Origin: Octopus vulgaris
Taxonomy: Eukaryota
Assembly (NCBI GenBank): GCA_951406725.2
Contig: OX597814.1
Location: forward strand, 32,364,001-32,428,000
Direction of reading: 5' to 3'
DNA: 64,000 bases
This document shows positions 11,685 to 25,405 of this stretch, piece after piece. Position 1 is the stretch's first letter; every line of letters begins with the position of its first letter. The position numbers were made by a program, and so were the translations under genes. The notes under the pieces are model-generated. The model ran no database searches, was not told the DNA's origin, and worked only from the letters and a program-made list of their open reading frames with translations.

Positions 11685-11915
11685 TGTGTGTGTATATGTT
11701 TGTGTGTGTATGTGTCCTCCAACATCGCTTGACATCAATGCTGGTGTGTTTACGTCCCCATAACTTAGTGGTTTGGCAAAAAAGAGACCGATAGAATAAG
11801 TACTAGGCATACAAAGAATAACTCCTGGGGTCGATTTGCTCGACTAAAGGCGGTGCTCCAGCATGGCCGCAGTCAAAATGGCTGAAACGAATAAAAGAAC
11901 AAAAGAATAAAGGAA
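11480..11915 (+). mobile_element. SINE family A, full length; a further 3' half lies at ~12040-12300
   Basis: Head, CORE-like segment, (TATG)n interior and gcatggccgcagtcaaaatggctgaaac tail all present. Confidence 0.9.
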
Positions 11916-12031
11916 TACGAGCGCTCAGTCTCGTTCGTGGGTTCAGAGAGGGATTCCTTTCATCGAAGCCAAATAAATATAATGCGTGTCATGAGCGGAT
12001 GCATGCAAGATCAGACAGCCATCACATCGTA

Positions 12032-12072
<41 letters not shown>

Positions 12073-12876
12073 TGTGTGTGTGTGCATATGCGTGTGCGTG
12101 TGTCTTTGTTTTTATGTTTACCGCTTGACAACCGGTTTTGGTGTGCCTACGTAATACAGTGGTTCGGCAAAAGATACGATGTAATAAGTACTAGGTTTAA
12201 AAAATAAGCCTTGGGGTCGATTTGTTCGACCAAAACCTTTCAATGCAGTGCTCCTGCATGGCCGTAGTCGGATGACTGAATTAAATAAAAGAATAAGAAT
12301 TCACAGATTACACACTACTGAGCTAAACCAAACATGAATTAGCATACACGCACACACATACACACACCAGCATGAAAACACCACATGTGTTAGCCAAAAC
12401 TAAAATGCCACATGTTTACATATGTACTCGAATATACGCTTGTATACAATTAATGTACAAAGATAGACACACTAGGATACATACATTTCAATAATCATTC
12501 CGACACACGAACACAGAAAAGAGAGAATACAACACTCGCACACATTCACTTTATATGACACTCTTACCAAGAGGAAACTTATAAATTTTCAACAACTTAG
12601 TTCCTATATTCTCATTCGTCACACATTTTTTTACCTCCAACATTTACATTCAAATACACGTGCACACACTCACATATACAGACACACTTAAGCATATGTT
12701 AACCTGATATTATCAGCCGTTCAAGAATTTGGACCTGGAGATCTCCATTTCCAGCGACTTCGAGGGCCACCTCCCAGTGGTGTCGGGCGTTAACGAAGAG
12801 CCTTCGAATACAACAAGACGACCAAAGTTTTTTTTTTTTTTCCAAGGTCTGGGGTCTCCCACTCCTAAGCCCTGGA

Positions 12877-13104
12877 CCTATTTCTTTACTACCCACAAGG
12901 GGCTACACACAGAGGAGACAAACAAGGACAGACAAACGGATTAAGTCGATTACATCGACCCCAGTGCGTAACTGGTACTTAATTTATCGACCCCGAAAGG
13001 ATGAAAGGCAAAGTCGAACTCGGAGGAATTTGAACTCAGAACGTAACGGCAGACGAAATGCCGTGAAGCATTTCGCCCGGCGCGATAACGTTTCTGCCAG
13101 CTCG
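12877..13104 (-). mobile_element. SINE family B with 13-bp TSD
   Basis: TSD cctaagccctgga at 12864-12876 and 13105-13117. Confidence 0.9.
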
Positions 13105-13199
13105 CCTAAGCCCTGGAGCATCACCTAATCACCCTTACCCGTCTTGTTGCTTAACAACAACAAAATATATTATCATAGGGTAGCTTGTTTCCCGTAGTC

Positions 13200-13468
13200 C
13201 GAGAAAAACGGTTCTGCAATTTCTTTTTGTAAAACCTGCGGAGGTGTTTTGTTTATAGTGAGCTAAACGTCAGTTCCCTGCTTCTATCAAATCGTTGTTA
13301 CCTGAACAGGTGCACGGTGTGCCATACGTCAGGTATCGAATGGATCGCTGAGCAACCTGGGATGAAATGTTCTGCTCAATAACACAACGCATCATCAAGT
13401 CCTGGAATTGAAACTACGATCCCGTGATCTCAAGTGCAGCATTGTAACCACTAGACCATGTATCCTCA
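13200..13468 (-). mobile_element. tRNA-derived SINE family C (CORE-like), diverged; other copies at ~28856-28990 (+) and ~40230-40500 (-)
   Basis: Minus head gaggatacatggtctagtggtta...gtttcaattcc, then gcgttgtgttattgagcagaacatttcat, a segment shared with the other copies. Confidence 0.7.
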
Positions 13469-13511
13469 TTAACCGTGTGCGTGTGTGTGTGTGTATGCAT
13501 GCATGCATACA

Positions 13512-13573
<62 letters not shown>

Positions 13574-14552
13574 GGAGTGAACACATAAATGTGAAACAAG
13601 GTGGAAAAAAGAGTACTCAAATACCAGTGGTAGAGTAATATGCTCAATGTTGTCACAAACTAGGCATTTTGATGTAAATATGTGTATAGCCACGAATATG
13701 TATTTGTAAGCATACGTCTCAGTATATGTGTAAGTGAGCGTATGTTTGTACTTAAGCACACCCATACACGATTGTATGTGTATGTATCCACTTGAACTTG
13801 TGTGTATGCATACTTGTCTCTATATATATGCGTCAGTATACGCGGTTACACAGTTTGTATACATATTTTTTTCTAATTTCGTTTCCCCCCTCCTTTTTTC
13901 TTCTTTTTTTCTTCTTTTTTCCTTCTCCCTTTTTCTTTTTTCTCTCTCTCTTCCTTTCTTTCGTTTTTTCTCTACCTATCCGATACTTGTATAGAGTCCT
14001 GTAACTTTACTCCCGCCCCCTCCCTTACTCATGTCTTCAACTTTGCATCGTAAATAAGAACGCCCCTTCCTCATCTATGGTTTTAGCTTGCGTGCGAACT
14101 AGATTGCGTATGCATATGTATACATGCATTTGTGTGTATATTTTAGCTTTATATTTATACGTCTGTATATGTATGTGGTTTGCACGCATCTATCTGTGTA
14201 TGTTGATGTATATATTTATAGTTTAATATGAATATGTACTGCCGTGTAATATTTTAATGCATTTTAACATTTTAATTTCAATTTCCATGTATTAATTATA
14301 TTTCCTTCATTAATGACAATATGTATTTTATTCAATGTAAGGTTTTCCCTCGAATTTTATGATTTTTATAATTTTTATATATATATATATATATATTGTG
14401 TATATATATATTTTTTTTTCTTTTGAGCTCATTTTTGTTTATCGCTCGAAAATTGACCGTTATTTGTAAAGGGCCAATCAAACAAGTCCATTTTTAAAGG
14501 TGTAGCGTTTACACTAGTCTGGATAGAATTGACATATCGGTTCCATTCTAGC

Positions 14553-14600
14553 AAAAACTGTCCGATGAACGGCAACGGGAAACTCAGAGTAACAGGTTTT
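14553..14600 (+). ncRNA. Type I hammerhead motif with GCAA-capped stem II, followed by AATAAA and (TA)n
   Basis: aaaaacugu CCGAUGA acg-gcaa-cgg GAAACUC-a-GAGUA acagguuuu. A truncated second copy at 33652-33692 has an intact acg-gcaa-cgu stem. Confidence 0.7.
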
Positions 14601-14629
14601 GTTGAATTTTCTGCTGCTTTAAATAAAGG

Positions 14630-14713
<84 letters not shown>

Positions 14714-14718
<5 letters not shown>

Positions 14719-16224
14719 GTGCGGTGAATAAATCCAAATTACGCAAAAACGAAAATAACACAGACATCTCATTTTAACCATCTTAACAGATATATTTACC
14801 AAAATTACATAAAAATATCTTGAATTACTAAAGTGTAAATTTAATCAATATAATCGCCATTGGCTTCAACCATGGCCTCCAGACGATTTCAGAATCTCCT
14901 GCAACTTCTAGACAGTCTCCTTGTTTAAGTTGGTGAACGCTGCCATAATCTTTGCCCTCAGTTCATCTTTGGTGTTACAAGGAGCTTTGTTGGTCGCTCG
15001 CTGAACTGTGCTCCACACGTAATAACCAAGAGCGTTGAAGTTTGGTGAGTTACGTGACCATATGTTAGGGATAATGTGCTCGCAGAAATTGTCTGGCAGC
15101 CATAACCGGGTTCTTCTGCTTGTTTGGCATGTTACAGAATCTTGTTGCCAGATATAGCATCTTCCAGTAGCCACCCTGTTTACCCAGCGATGCTCTACCT
15201 CCTCCAGGCACTTGATGTATGCCTCCGTGTTGAGTCTGAGGCCGTGTGGGGAGATGATGAATGCAGGCATGCCGTTGCCATCGCTAGTGATCAACCAAAC
15301 ATCATGATGTTGACTGGATGCTTCATTTTTATCATTCTCGGTATATGTTTTGGGGACATGGCAAGCCAACGGTTGTTTTGTGCGAGCTGGCAGAAACGTT
15401 AGCACGCTGGGCGAAATGCTTAGCGGTATTTCGTCTACCGTTACGTTCTGAGTTCAAATTCCGCCAAGGTTGACTTTGTCTTTCATCCTTTTGGGGTCGA
15501 TTAAATAAGTACCAGTTACGCACTGGGGTCGATATAATCGACTTAATTCATTTGTCTGTCCCTTCTGTGTGTAGCCCCTTGTGGGTAGTAAAGAAATAGG
15601 TTGTTTTGTGCGTTCACCATCTGATCTTGGCAGAAATTTTTCTGAGAAAAACCAAAGCATGTTCAGTTGGAGGGGAGGTTTGAGTTTGTTCAAAAGCTTC
15701 GTAGCGTGGTCTTTCCTCTTGTTCTTGATAGCTGGCCCTTTCTCATCTTGTAGGAGGAATATAGAATGAATTTTTTCATGCACTACCTGCATAATAAGAA
15801 ACTCAGACACTACCACGTCCCTGGTGATGGACATGGTTCACTTGGATGGATCGTTTTCAATCATGGTCTGGATCTCAACAAAAAGAATTCAGGATTTCTT
15901 TTCTTATCAGAACGATCAGAGTGAGTTTTTCTTCTTAATCACCATCAGACTCACCCATCTCTTTTCGAATCCTCTGCACAATCCTCAGATTGACACCCAG
16001 ACACTCTGAAATGTTCCTATTGGAGCTTCTGGCGCGAATACCAAGCAGTGCAGCAGGTCGTTTCCAAATTTCTGGCTGAGTGAATTGCGGCGTGGTGCTG
16101 TTTCTCTCACAGACGATACCCAACTAATCCTACTATTCTGTGTAATCATGAAAATCAAAAATAAACGATGCGCATGCGCGAAATTAAAAATATGAAATAG
16201 CGAAAATTTACCCATTACGCGCTA
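14714..16224 (-). mobile_element. Decayed Tc1/mariner transposon, DD37D (maT-type) transposase pseudogene
   Basis: HTH-like ISECLGVNLRIVQRIRKE, WFFSEKF (first D region), WQQDS, then 37 aa to SPNFNAL[G]YYVW. Frameshifts, a SINE insertion and degenerate TIRs. Confidence 0.85.
15385..15598 (+). mobile_element. SINE family B inserted in the transposase, 14-bp TSD
   Basis: TSD ggttgttttgtgcg at 15371-15384 and 15599-15612. Confidence 0.9.
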
Positions 16225-16599
16225 TATGTGTGTGTGTGTGTGCGTGTGTGTGTGTGTATGCATGTATGTATGTATATATGTATGTATGTATGCATGTATA
16301 CACGTACATATTCCCATCTATGTGCACATGTGTAGCTTTTGCAACCTAATGTCACTGAGCTTAAGACATACACAAAAGCACTCATACAAACATACATGCA
16401 CATTAGATGTATTATACAGCGACATTGATTCTCCGCTAAGCGGTGCACTCTGAACGTACACAGGTGAGAAGTTACACTTTAAGATGGATCTGAGCAAGCA
16501 TAGACATCCTTTCAGGGAACGCAGTCGTTAGCGTGCATTCGCTCTTGTCCAGTACTCTCTTTTCTTCTATTTTTTTTCTCTTTCCGCTGGACAAGTGAC

Positions 16600-17640
16600 T
16601 GCAACTGGATTTACTGCCACACATCTAGAAACTGGGAATTCTGTTTTGTATCACCATTCTAATTGTTCCCTGCTGCGGAACTCTCAGTGGGTTACATATT
16701 CGGCGTAGAATTCTGGTAATCAGGGTCATCAGGACCTGCAGGTCTATACACAGCCCATCCATCTCTGTTTTGCAGCGAGTCACCCTTCACTCATGAAACA
16801 TTCATACTGTTACGCAAAATGACGTCAGGTCAGGAACTAACGTCTTTGTTAATGATTTTCCTATTCGTGAGACCATCCAGTTACTCATAGCAGGCGTATG
16901 TCAAACCATTTCCTATTGACTCCTCTCCTGAATCTCAGAATTATACACCCTACACACGCTTCCATCAGCCACTATTCAGTTCTGTCAATAAAGAATAACT
17001 CCTGACACACATCGCCTGAAGCTTCCTCCACGTTTTCTTTTGAGGGCATCTAGAAAGCATCTCTTCTGTTTGAATAGCAGAGATATGTCATCTTTCTCAT
17101 TTCTTTCTTCTGAATAAATTCATCCAACAAAGAGGGTGTTCAGTTAGATGTCCCTACCTCGTCCACTTAATATTCTTTTCATTAAGCTAGGTCAAGACGA
17201 GTCGTTCATTTTGAGACAAAATATTTTCAAATGATATCTTATTGACATTGTCGTTGGTGTCCATGTTGCTTTACACCTTTCATATAAATATTTCTAATCT
17301 TCATTTTTGTGCACTTAGCTTTCAAGCTTAAAGCTACGTGTGTTTCCCTTATTTTTTTTTACCGCTTTTTACGCTTCGTTTATTTTTCTAATTCCTTCTA
17401 CTTATCTTTTGAACATATTTTAGATGAGTGTTTGTTTTGATTATGTTACTGAGCTTACTACTTCCACAGCCAAAAACTTCAGTGTACTGAAGGTGATGAG
17501 GCTCAGATATTTGCAGAATTTCAAAAGCTGAAACATTTGCTGAATTTCCAAGACACTGAGTGGATGTTTTGGCCAACTGTCAGACATGCTTTCCGACAGC
17601 TCATCACTTTGAAGTGCTGTAATCCTGAGTCAAGTGAAGA
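16600..17640 (-). pseudogene. Highly decayed RLE-clade (R4/Dong-like) LINE, C-terminal half
   Basis: Broken motifs resembling YKFLG, RLYLPRKxGGRG, WYxHTP and RPDV(I)L. Confidence 0.5.
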
Positions 17641-17849
17641 TAAAAAACGGCGGTGCTCCAGCATGGCCGCAGTCAAATGACTGAAACAAGTAAAAGAGTA
17701 AAGAGTAAAACAGTATCTAATATTGAGATGTTGTCAGGGGTTCGCACTTTTATAATTCACAGTCAATGCGATGTATAGGGGCTACTACACATCTTTCGAT
17801 AGGACAGAAGCGAAAGATAATAGATGAAATGAAGGGAAAGGAAACGAAA

Positions 17850-19345
17850 GAGGAAGAGAATGCAAGGGATGGTGGAAAAGACACAAAATATATTGAGTAA
17901 CTAAATGGTGTGAGAGAGGAACTCAGTAATGAGATAATACTCAGAAAATTGACTGGGCGGTTCAGGATAGAAGAGATGAGAAGGCAAACAGTACCTGAGG
18001 GAATTGTCACAAAGAGTTGTGGCGTTAAAGGAGGGGTAACAAATTAGGCAATGATTCTTGATGCAGAGGAAAGTAAAACATTTTGGGGAGAACTTTGGAA
18101 CAAGCTACTGAGACATAACGGAGTTGGAAAGGGGTTAATTTACCTAAACAAAAGGACGTCAGAATTGATCTGTATTCACTAAGGCTGATGTTGAAAAGTA
18201 CCAAGTTGAAGAGGAGCAGACCCAGATAGACTATAAGATTATTGATTTAAGAATATTATACTGTTGCATGAAAGGATCGCAACACACCTTGATAAATACT
18301 TGCAGCAATGACACGTTCCTCTATGTGAAACAGGTGGACGAACATTGTTGTGTTTTAAGGATCCCATAAAAATTACATTGACAAATTTTAGACTTAGAAC
18401 CTTTCTGCCAAATTTTTGTAATTTTATGATTGGTATCTTAACAGAAAAGTTATATTATCATCTGCAAAGTAACAATTTATTTCTATTGGACCAGAAAGGG
18501 GTGCAGGAGGCAAAGTAGGACAACTAATGACCAGTTGTTGGTTAATAAAGTTGTAATCGGAAATTGCAGATGCGGATTGATGAAATTGAACGTAGTACTC
18601 TTTTACTCTTTTACTTGTTTCAGTCATTTGACTGTGGCCATGCTGGAGCACCGCCTTTAGTCGAGCAACTCGACCCCGGGACTTATTCTTTTGTAAGCCC
18701 AGTACTTATTCTATCGGGGACATAAACACACCAGCATCGGTTGTCAAGCAATGCTAGGGGACAAACACAGACACACAAACATATATATATATATACATAT
18801 ATACGACGGGCTTCTTTCAGTTTCCGTCTACCAAATTCACTCACAAGGCTTTGGTCGGCTCGAGGCTATAGTAGAAGACACTTGCCCAATGTGCCATGCA
18901 GTGGGACTGAACCTGGAACCATGTGGTTGGTAGACAAGCTACTTACCACACTCCTGAAAAAAAGGCATGTGACATAATGCCGCACAGTTGTACAAGTAAA
19001 ACAACGAGTATTTCTGAAGTGGCGAAAACTATGGAGAAACTGGTCAATGAAAAAAATGAAACATTGGAGTGCAGAATTGAGTGGAGTTAATCAAAAACTT
19101 GGGAAGTGAACATATTCCAAGATGATAGTTTCTGTCCATTATTATTTGCATCGCTCAGTCTTATATCACGGAAAGTCAAAATAGATTATGATATGAGAAT
19201 ATGGTCAAATAAATCATTTCCTGTTTACGGATGATTTAAAGCATTATACAAACAGTGAGAAGCAACTAGAAAGTTTTGAACATATTGTTCACAAATTCTA
19301 AAATGAGGTAGAAATGAAATTTAGCTTTAAAAAAGTACGCTATTT
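17850..19345 (+). pseudogene. Decayed R4/Dong-like LINE RT fragment interrupted by a SINE
   Basis: DAEESKTFWGELWN, LHERIATHL, GRTLLCFKDP, IFQDDSFCPLLF, INHFLFTDDLKHY...KQLES, EMKFSFKK. Confidence 0.8.
18596..18955 (-). mobile_element. SINE family A
   Basis: Near-identical to 1350-1761 with a small internal deletion. Confidence 0.9.
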
Positions 19346-19925
19346 TAATAATTATACAGAAAATAATGGAGATGAACCATATATAGCTGAAAGACTTTCT
19401 ACTGACCGGTTGGTTATGTTGACGAGAAAACTAAGAAGCATGCCGCATTTACGGAACAAAATCTTATGTATTTACATTACTTGTATGAAGAATTACACGT
19501 TGAAAGACCAAAATACATGAAGCAATTTCACTTCAATGAAGTTTTAAAATCATGATGTGTACCCTGTTGCTTCAAATGCACGTACTCTGCGTATTTCCCT
19601 GGTAACATCAAATGTAAAGATGAATTCCAAAATCAACAGTAAATCTGATAGTGTTCAAATTCTAAATATTCGAGATTCGTTTTACAGTTCCAATAAAATT
19701 TTAGTTTAACAAGGCTAAGAATACTAGTGCTGCAGTATCCTTTCCAGGTATTGTCTGTCCTTGTTTGTCCTTTCTGTGTTTAGCCACTTGTGGGTAGTAA
19801 AGAAATAGGTATCGTAATCAATGAATTATTATTTTTTAAATAACCGTTTATAATTATTCTTGATTAACATATGCAGATTCCAGTTAATTTCAATAACTTG
19901 CATAGTTCAGTATTAAGCATTTTGT

Positions 19926-20140
19926 GAGGGCGGCAAGGTGGCAGAATCGTTAGCACTCCGGACAAAATACATAACGGCATTTCGTCTGGTTTGACGTTCT
20001 GAGTTCACATTCCTCTGAGTCGACTTTGCATTGCATTTTCGGAGTCGATAAAATAAGTGTCAGTCGAGAACTAGTTTCGATTTAGTCGGCTAGCCCTTCC
20101 CTTGAATTCGCTAGCTTTGTGCCTATAGTTGGAAGAATAA
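19926..20140 (+). mobile_element. SINE family B, diverged; isolated tail fragment at ~19750-19812
   Basis: ggcggcaaggtggcagaatcgttagcac...gtcgataaaataagtgtcag. Confidence 0.75.
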
Positions 20141-20439
20141 ATAAACTTATAGGTTAGATACAATTTGTCTCCCACGCAGTTTCTAAATTCTTATGAAATG
20201 AATGACATTCGTTATTGTTGGTAAGAAAAATACTTCTAAAGTGAATGGAGAAGATTCAAAGGGTTTTTTTATATAAAACTTGTCATATTTCCAGAAGATG
20301 TGAATTCGTATCCCACAATATTCTACACACTACTATTTATTCTGAGTTTCAACATTAAGAACGATACAATACGTTACATGAGTAAGGGTTTGTGCACTCC
20401 CCTCTTCTCTCTCTCTCTCTCTCTCTCTGCAGTATACAA

Positions 20440-21390
20440 ATGAGTTGAACAAATCAACATTCAGTTTAATGCTGGAAACTTTCAAGCACTGCTCTGTCAG
20501 TCCATAAATGCACCACAGCCTGGAATCCTGGAGTCAGACAATGAAAAACTTGTGGATCCGTGTGTGTAATGATGCATCATTTCATGTGCAATGTTACCAA
20601 GAAGGCAGCAAAATGTAGATAATTTCCCGGACGAATACTATGATTCTTCAGGACAAAAGACTAAGAAGTCATGTTGACCTACGGAACACCATTGCTCTCA
20701 GCCACCTGGACTACTGCTCTATGCTGTGTCACCACATTGTTTCGAGTGGAGGTTTAAGCGATCCAACGCTACTGAATTTAAAAGATTATCACAGTGCAGC
20801 AGATGAACTACAAGGAGAGGCTGAAAAAATAGGAGTTTACCCATTGGATCGAAGAAGCGAAAGATAGGTTATAATTTACAAGTGGAAAATTCTAGAAAGG
20901 CTGTACCTAACTCAGCCATCAAACGTTATACAAATAGCCCTAATGAACTTCATTGCGGAGTATCGAAGGTACCGTCCGCTCCATCTACTGTGAGAACCAG
21001 TACTGCAATGGCTTGAGATTCAAAGGGCTAGAGCTCTTAAATGCTTTGCCAAAAAAGTTAAGAAAACTAAAGGATATGGATGTTGATATCTTGAAAACGA
21101 AATTGGATGTTGATGTATTGAAAACGAAAGTGGACATACTTTTGTCAACGATATCAGAACTAGCAACATCTCGACGTGAAGTGCAAATACCCGCGATGGT
21201 GTCAAACTACCTCATACACCACCGAAGGCAACGATCATTAAGAAAAGCATATGTAAGAGAAGCAATATAAAATCCCACTGTGCAGAAGAAATCAACCACA
21301 TAAGAGGTGCTGCAAGAAAGGTACAAAGTCAAGATGGGTTTCCGGCATGACGGCAGCTGCATGGCTGAAACTAACAGAAACGACCAGATA
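20440..21390 (+). pseudogene. CR1-like LINE 3' fragment including a diverged 3' UTR
   Basis: IQFNAGNFQAL, LSHLDYCSML, LRFKGLELLNALPKKLRKLKDMDVDILKTKLD; tail ccggcatgacggcagctgcatggctgaaac. Confidence 0.8.
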
Positions 21391-21413
21391 TACTTTCATA
21401 CGCATACATACAT

Positions 21414-21473
<60 letters not shown>

Positions 21474-21517
21474 ATATATATACAAATATATGTATATACA
21501 TATTTTTGTATATATGC

Positions 21518-21566
<49 letters not shown>

Positions 21567-21585
21567 TATATGTGTGTGAATGCAA

Positions 21586-21643
<58 letters not shown>

Positions 21644-21932
21644 TTCTGTGTATACGTTAATGTAATAGATGCCTCAATCAGCCTATAGGTATCTGTTGTT
21701 ATAAGTAATATCGTTTGACATTCGTTTGCTTTCACTTTAACAAAACTGGCTGAACTACAAATATCATTTAAATTTCGGTTGAATAACTGCTTTTCATTCT
21801 TAGTATTTTGCGTGAAAGCACTTGTTCCGTGCTAAAAAACAAAAACAAAAAAAATCAGCTACTTAAAGACTTAGAACACGCAGCACAAACACGCTCAAAC
21901 TTATATTATGCACGCAGACATACATACATATA

Positions 21933-21963
<31 letters not shown>

Positions 21964-22068
21964 TTACACACATACATACATACATACATACATACATACA
22001 TACATACATACATACATACATACATACATACATGCATGCATGCATACATACATACATACATACATACA

Positions 22069-22104
<36 letters not shown>

Positions 22105-22119
22105 TGCATACATATATAT

Positions 22120-22435
22120 ACTGAACTATTGAGAAATCTGCAATTACTCTATCCAGATTACAACTTCAGGTTTATAACTGTAATTTCCAGAAGCTTATCA
22201 TTTAAATATATATGAGCATGTCTAGATATGTAACTATATGCGTGAGAATACATACATAAAATATACAAAGCTGCACATACATTCATGCATACATACATAC
22301 GTACATACATACATATATACAAACAAAAATAGTCTCCTGTTGATGTTGAAATTCCAGTGAAGAAACCTTGAATCTAGGTTAGAAAACGGTTCTTTCTCTA
22401 TTGGCAAGAAATCTTGAAATAACTGAATAATAACA
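22120..22435 (+). mobile_element. 3' end of an RLE-type LINE; second copy at ~29790-29975
   Basis: ELLRNLQLLYPDYNFRFITVI, then a shared UTR tcatttaaatatatatgagcatgtctag...gttgaaattccagtgaag...atctaggttagaaa. Confidence 0.6.
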
Positions 22436-22477
22436 TACATACATACATACATACATACAAACAGAGATGCATGCATA

Positions 22478-22526
<49 letters not shown>

Positions 22527-22654
22527 GTGCATGTACAGTGTTCGGGTTAAATCTGTCTGTTTGCTTAAAAAAAAAATAAAACAATAATCCATCACAAAAT
22601 AAATGTATTTTAAAAACTCAAAAGAAATCAACTAGGTTATGGCTAGGAAATAAC

Positions 22655-23310
22655 ATTTCGCTCAGGGTAGCCAGCCTCAGTTTCCACAACAGCTTCAAGA
22701 CGGCTCCCTAACCTAGCAAATACGTTCCTCACTGTGTCACTAGGAAGACTTTTGCAGAACTCCACGATCTTCATAGCCTGCTTGGCCTTGGTGTATCAGG
22801 CAGCGTGGTTGGTATCTTTCTGAACCGCAACACTCTCATAGTAATCCATAGTAAAACAATTGATGGAATTAGGATGCCAGAAATTAGCGATGATGAAGTC
22901 GCAGAAATTCTCCGGCAAACCACGACTGACGCTTTCCAGACTTATGCCAAATAAGCGAATACTGCTACTACACATACGGCCTTCCAACAGCTTAGATTTG
23001 ATCTCTCTAGCCTAGTTTTGATCACAGTCTTCAGCAGCATCACATTGCCGTCTAAACTGAGCCAGTTTTTGCATAATTTCACCAGCTTTTGGATAAATTC
23101 TGGCTTCCAGAAGCAGTGAGGACGCGGTTTTGTTATCTCCGTTGCAACTGTCCATGTCTCATCATACAGCCTCAGCAGTGTTCACAGAGCACTGATCAGC
23201 AGTCATATCTCCATGTTGATACCCAGCTCAAATCATCATCAGGAAACAGATAACTCTTTTCCAATATTCAGATGGATTCCAGTTCGCCATGTCAGCTAAC
23301 ATTTTCTCAC
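22655..23310 (-). pseudogene. Second, internally deleted maT/Tc1-mariner transposase remnant
   Basis: MANWNPSEYWKR N-terminus and LPENFCDFIIANFWHPNSINCFTMDYY...VQKDTN, homologous to the 14.9-16.1 kb copy. Confidence 0.75.
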
Positions 23311-23670
23311 CTATAGCTTTACTAAATATCAAATTTAGCCCAACAGCCTGTATATGTGTGAGGATATGTGCCTGTGACAGAGGGAGAGAAAAAGAAAGAG
23401 AGAGAGTGTGCAGGGAGGGGAGGGTATATGCAAGCATAAATACTGACGTACTTAATGGCCGAATGAAGAATCAAAGATGTCTTCTGCTTCAGATTTTCGC
23501 TCCATCTCGTTTGTATTCCGGTTGACCCAGTTATATATAACTACATATCATTCTCTACTCTATTTTCATTAAATTAACGCACTTTCTTTTTCATTTATTT
23601 ACACACTTCTATCTCTATCTCTCTCCGCCCTCTCTCTCTTTCTCCTTTCTCTCTCTCTCTCTCTCAGTCG

Positions 23671-23707
<37 letters not shown>

Positions 23708-23902
23708 GATATATAATAGATAGATATACACTCATAAAGCATATAGTTACACACACACACACATGTATATATTTATATATGTCTATATATATGTGTGTAT
23801 GTATGTATATATATGTTTATTTATGTTTATGTTTTCCAGTTTCAGCTCTTGAGCTGTGGCCATGCTGGGACACCGCCAATATATATATATATATATATAT
23901 AT

Positions 23903-23962
<60 letters not shown>

Positions 23963-23995
23963 TTAGATAGACAGATAGATAGACAGATAGATAGG

Positions 23996-24049
<54 letters not shown>

Positions 24050-24151
24050 TACACTCATAAAGCATGTAGTTACATATATACATATATGTCTATATATGTG
24101 TATGTGTGTATATATATATAGATAGATTGGGAGAGCGAGAGAGAGAGCGAA

Positions 24152-24187
<36 letters not shown>

Positions 24188-24497
24188 GGAGAATGAATGG
24201 AACATAAAGTATTGGATAGCAAAAAAGGGAAGTTCGTTAATTTAATAAAAATTAGGAGGCGAATTCATCTTAAGAACTTATGCACACATAGCTACATAGA
24301 TACACGTACAGGTATATACACACACACACATAGAAACATTTATACATGTGTGCGTAGGTCTGTGTGTGTTTGCGTGTGTGTGTGTGTGCATAGATAAACA
24401 TGCGCGCACACACACATACACACACGCACACACACACACATACACATACTCGTACGCAAACAAGTCAGTCCATGTACGATAAATGCTTTAATGCTTT

Positions 24498-24730
24498 AAG
24501 GCGGCGAGCTGGCAATACCGTTAGCACGCCGGGCGAAATGCGTAGCTGTATTTCGTCTGTCGTTACGTTCTGAGTTCAAATTCCGCCGAGGTCGACTTTT
24601 CCTTTCATCCTTTCGGGGTCGATAAATTAAGTACCAGTTACGCACTGGGGTCGATGTAATCGATTTAATCCGTTTGTCTATCCTTGTTTGTCTCCTCTGT
24701 GTTTAGCCCCTTGTGGGTAATAAAGAAACG
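24498..24730 (+). mobile_element. SINE family B, full length
   Basis: Complete head, central domain and tail ending gtgggtaataaagaaa. Confidence 0.9.
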
Positions 24731-24881
24731 GATAAATTCTTTAACGCTCTTTTACATTCTCAGACTTCTAAGTCTCTGTGTTATTCCTTTCGTAATTCGG
24801 TCCCTTTCCATTTTACCATCCTTCACACCCATTGTTCTGTTTCTTTCTTTCTTTCTTTCTTTTTCAGCTTTTTCTAAAAAT

Positions 24882-25300
24882 GGCGCAGGAGTGGCTGTGT
24901 GGTAAAGTAGCTTGTTTACTAACCATATGGTTCCGAGTTCAGTCCCACTGCGTGGCACCTTGGGCAAATGTCTTCTACTATACCCTCGGGCCGTCCAAAG
25001 CCTTGTGAGTGGATTTGGTAGACGGAAACTGAAAAGAAGCCCGTCGTATATATGTATATATGTATGTGTGTGTGTTTGTGTCTGTGTGTCTGTGTTTGTC
25101 CCCTAGCATTGCTTGACAACCGATGCTGGTGTGTTTATGTCCCCGTTACTTAGCGGTTCGGCAAAAGAGACCGATAGAATAAGTACTGGGCTTACAAAAG
25201 AATAAGTCCCGGGGTCGATTTGCTCGACTAAAGGCGGTGCTCCAGCATGGCCGCAGTCAAATGACTGAAACAAGTAAAAAGAGTAAAAGTAAAAGAGTAT
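24882..25300 (+). mobile_element. SINE family A, full length
   Basis: Complete copy ending gaaacaagtaaaaagagtaaaagtaaaagagta. Confidence 0.92.
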
Positions 25301-25370
25301 ACATATATACATACATGCACACCCACACATACACACACATACACACACACACATACACACACACACACAT

Positions 25371-25405
<35 letters not shown>

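Noticed and set aside
22350-22395. Hammerhead-like hairpin in the LINE 3' UTR (also ~29922-29965)
   Set aside because: The core reads CCAGUGA in both copies and there is no clear stem I.
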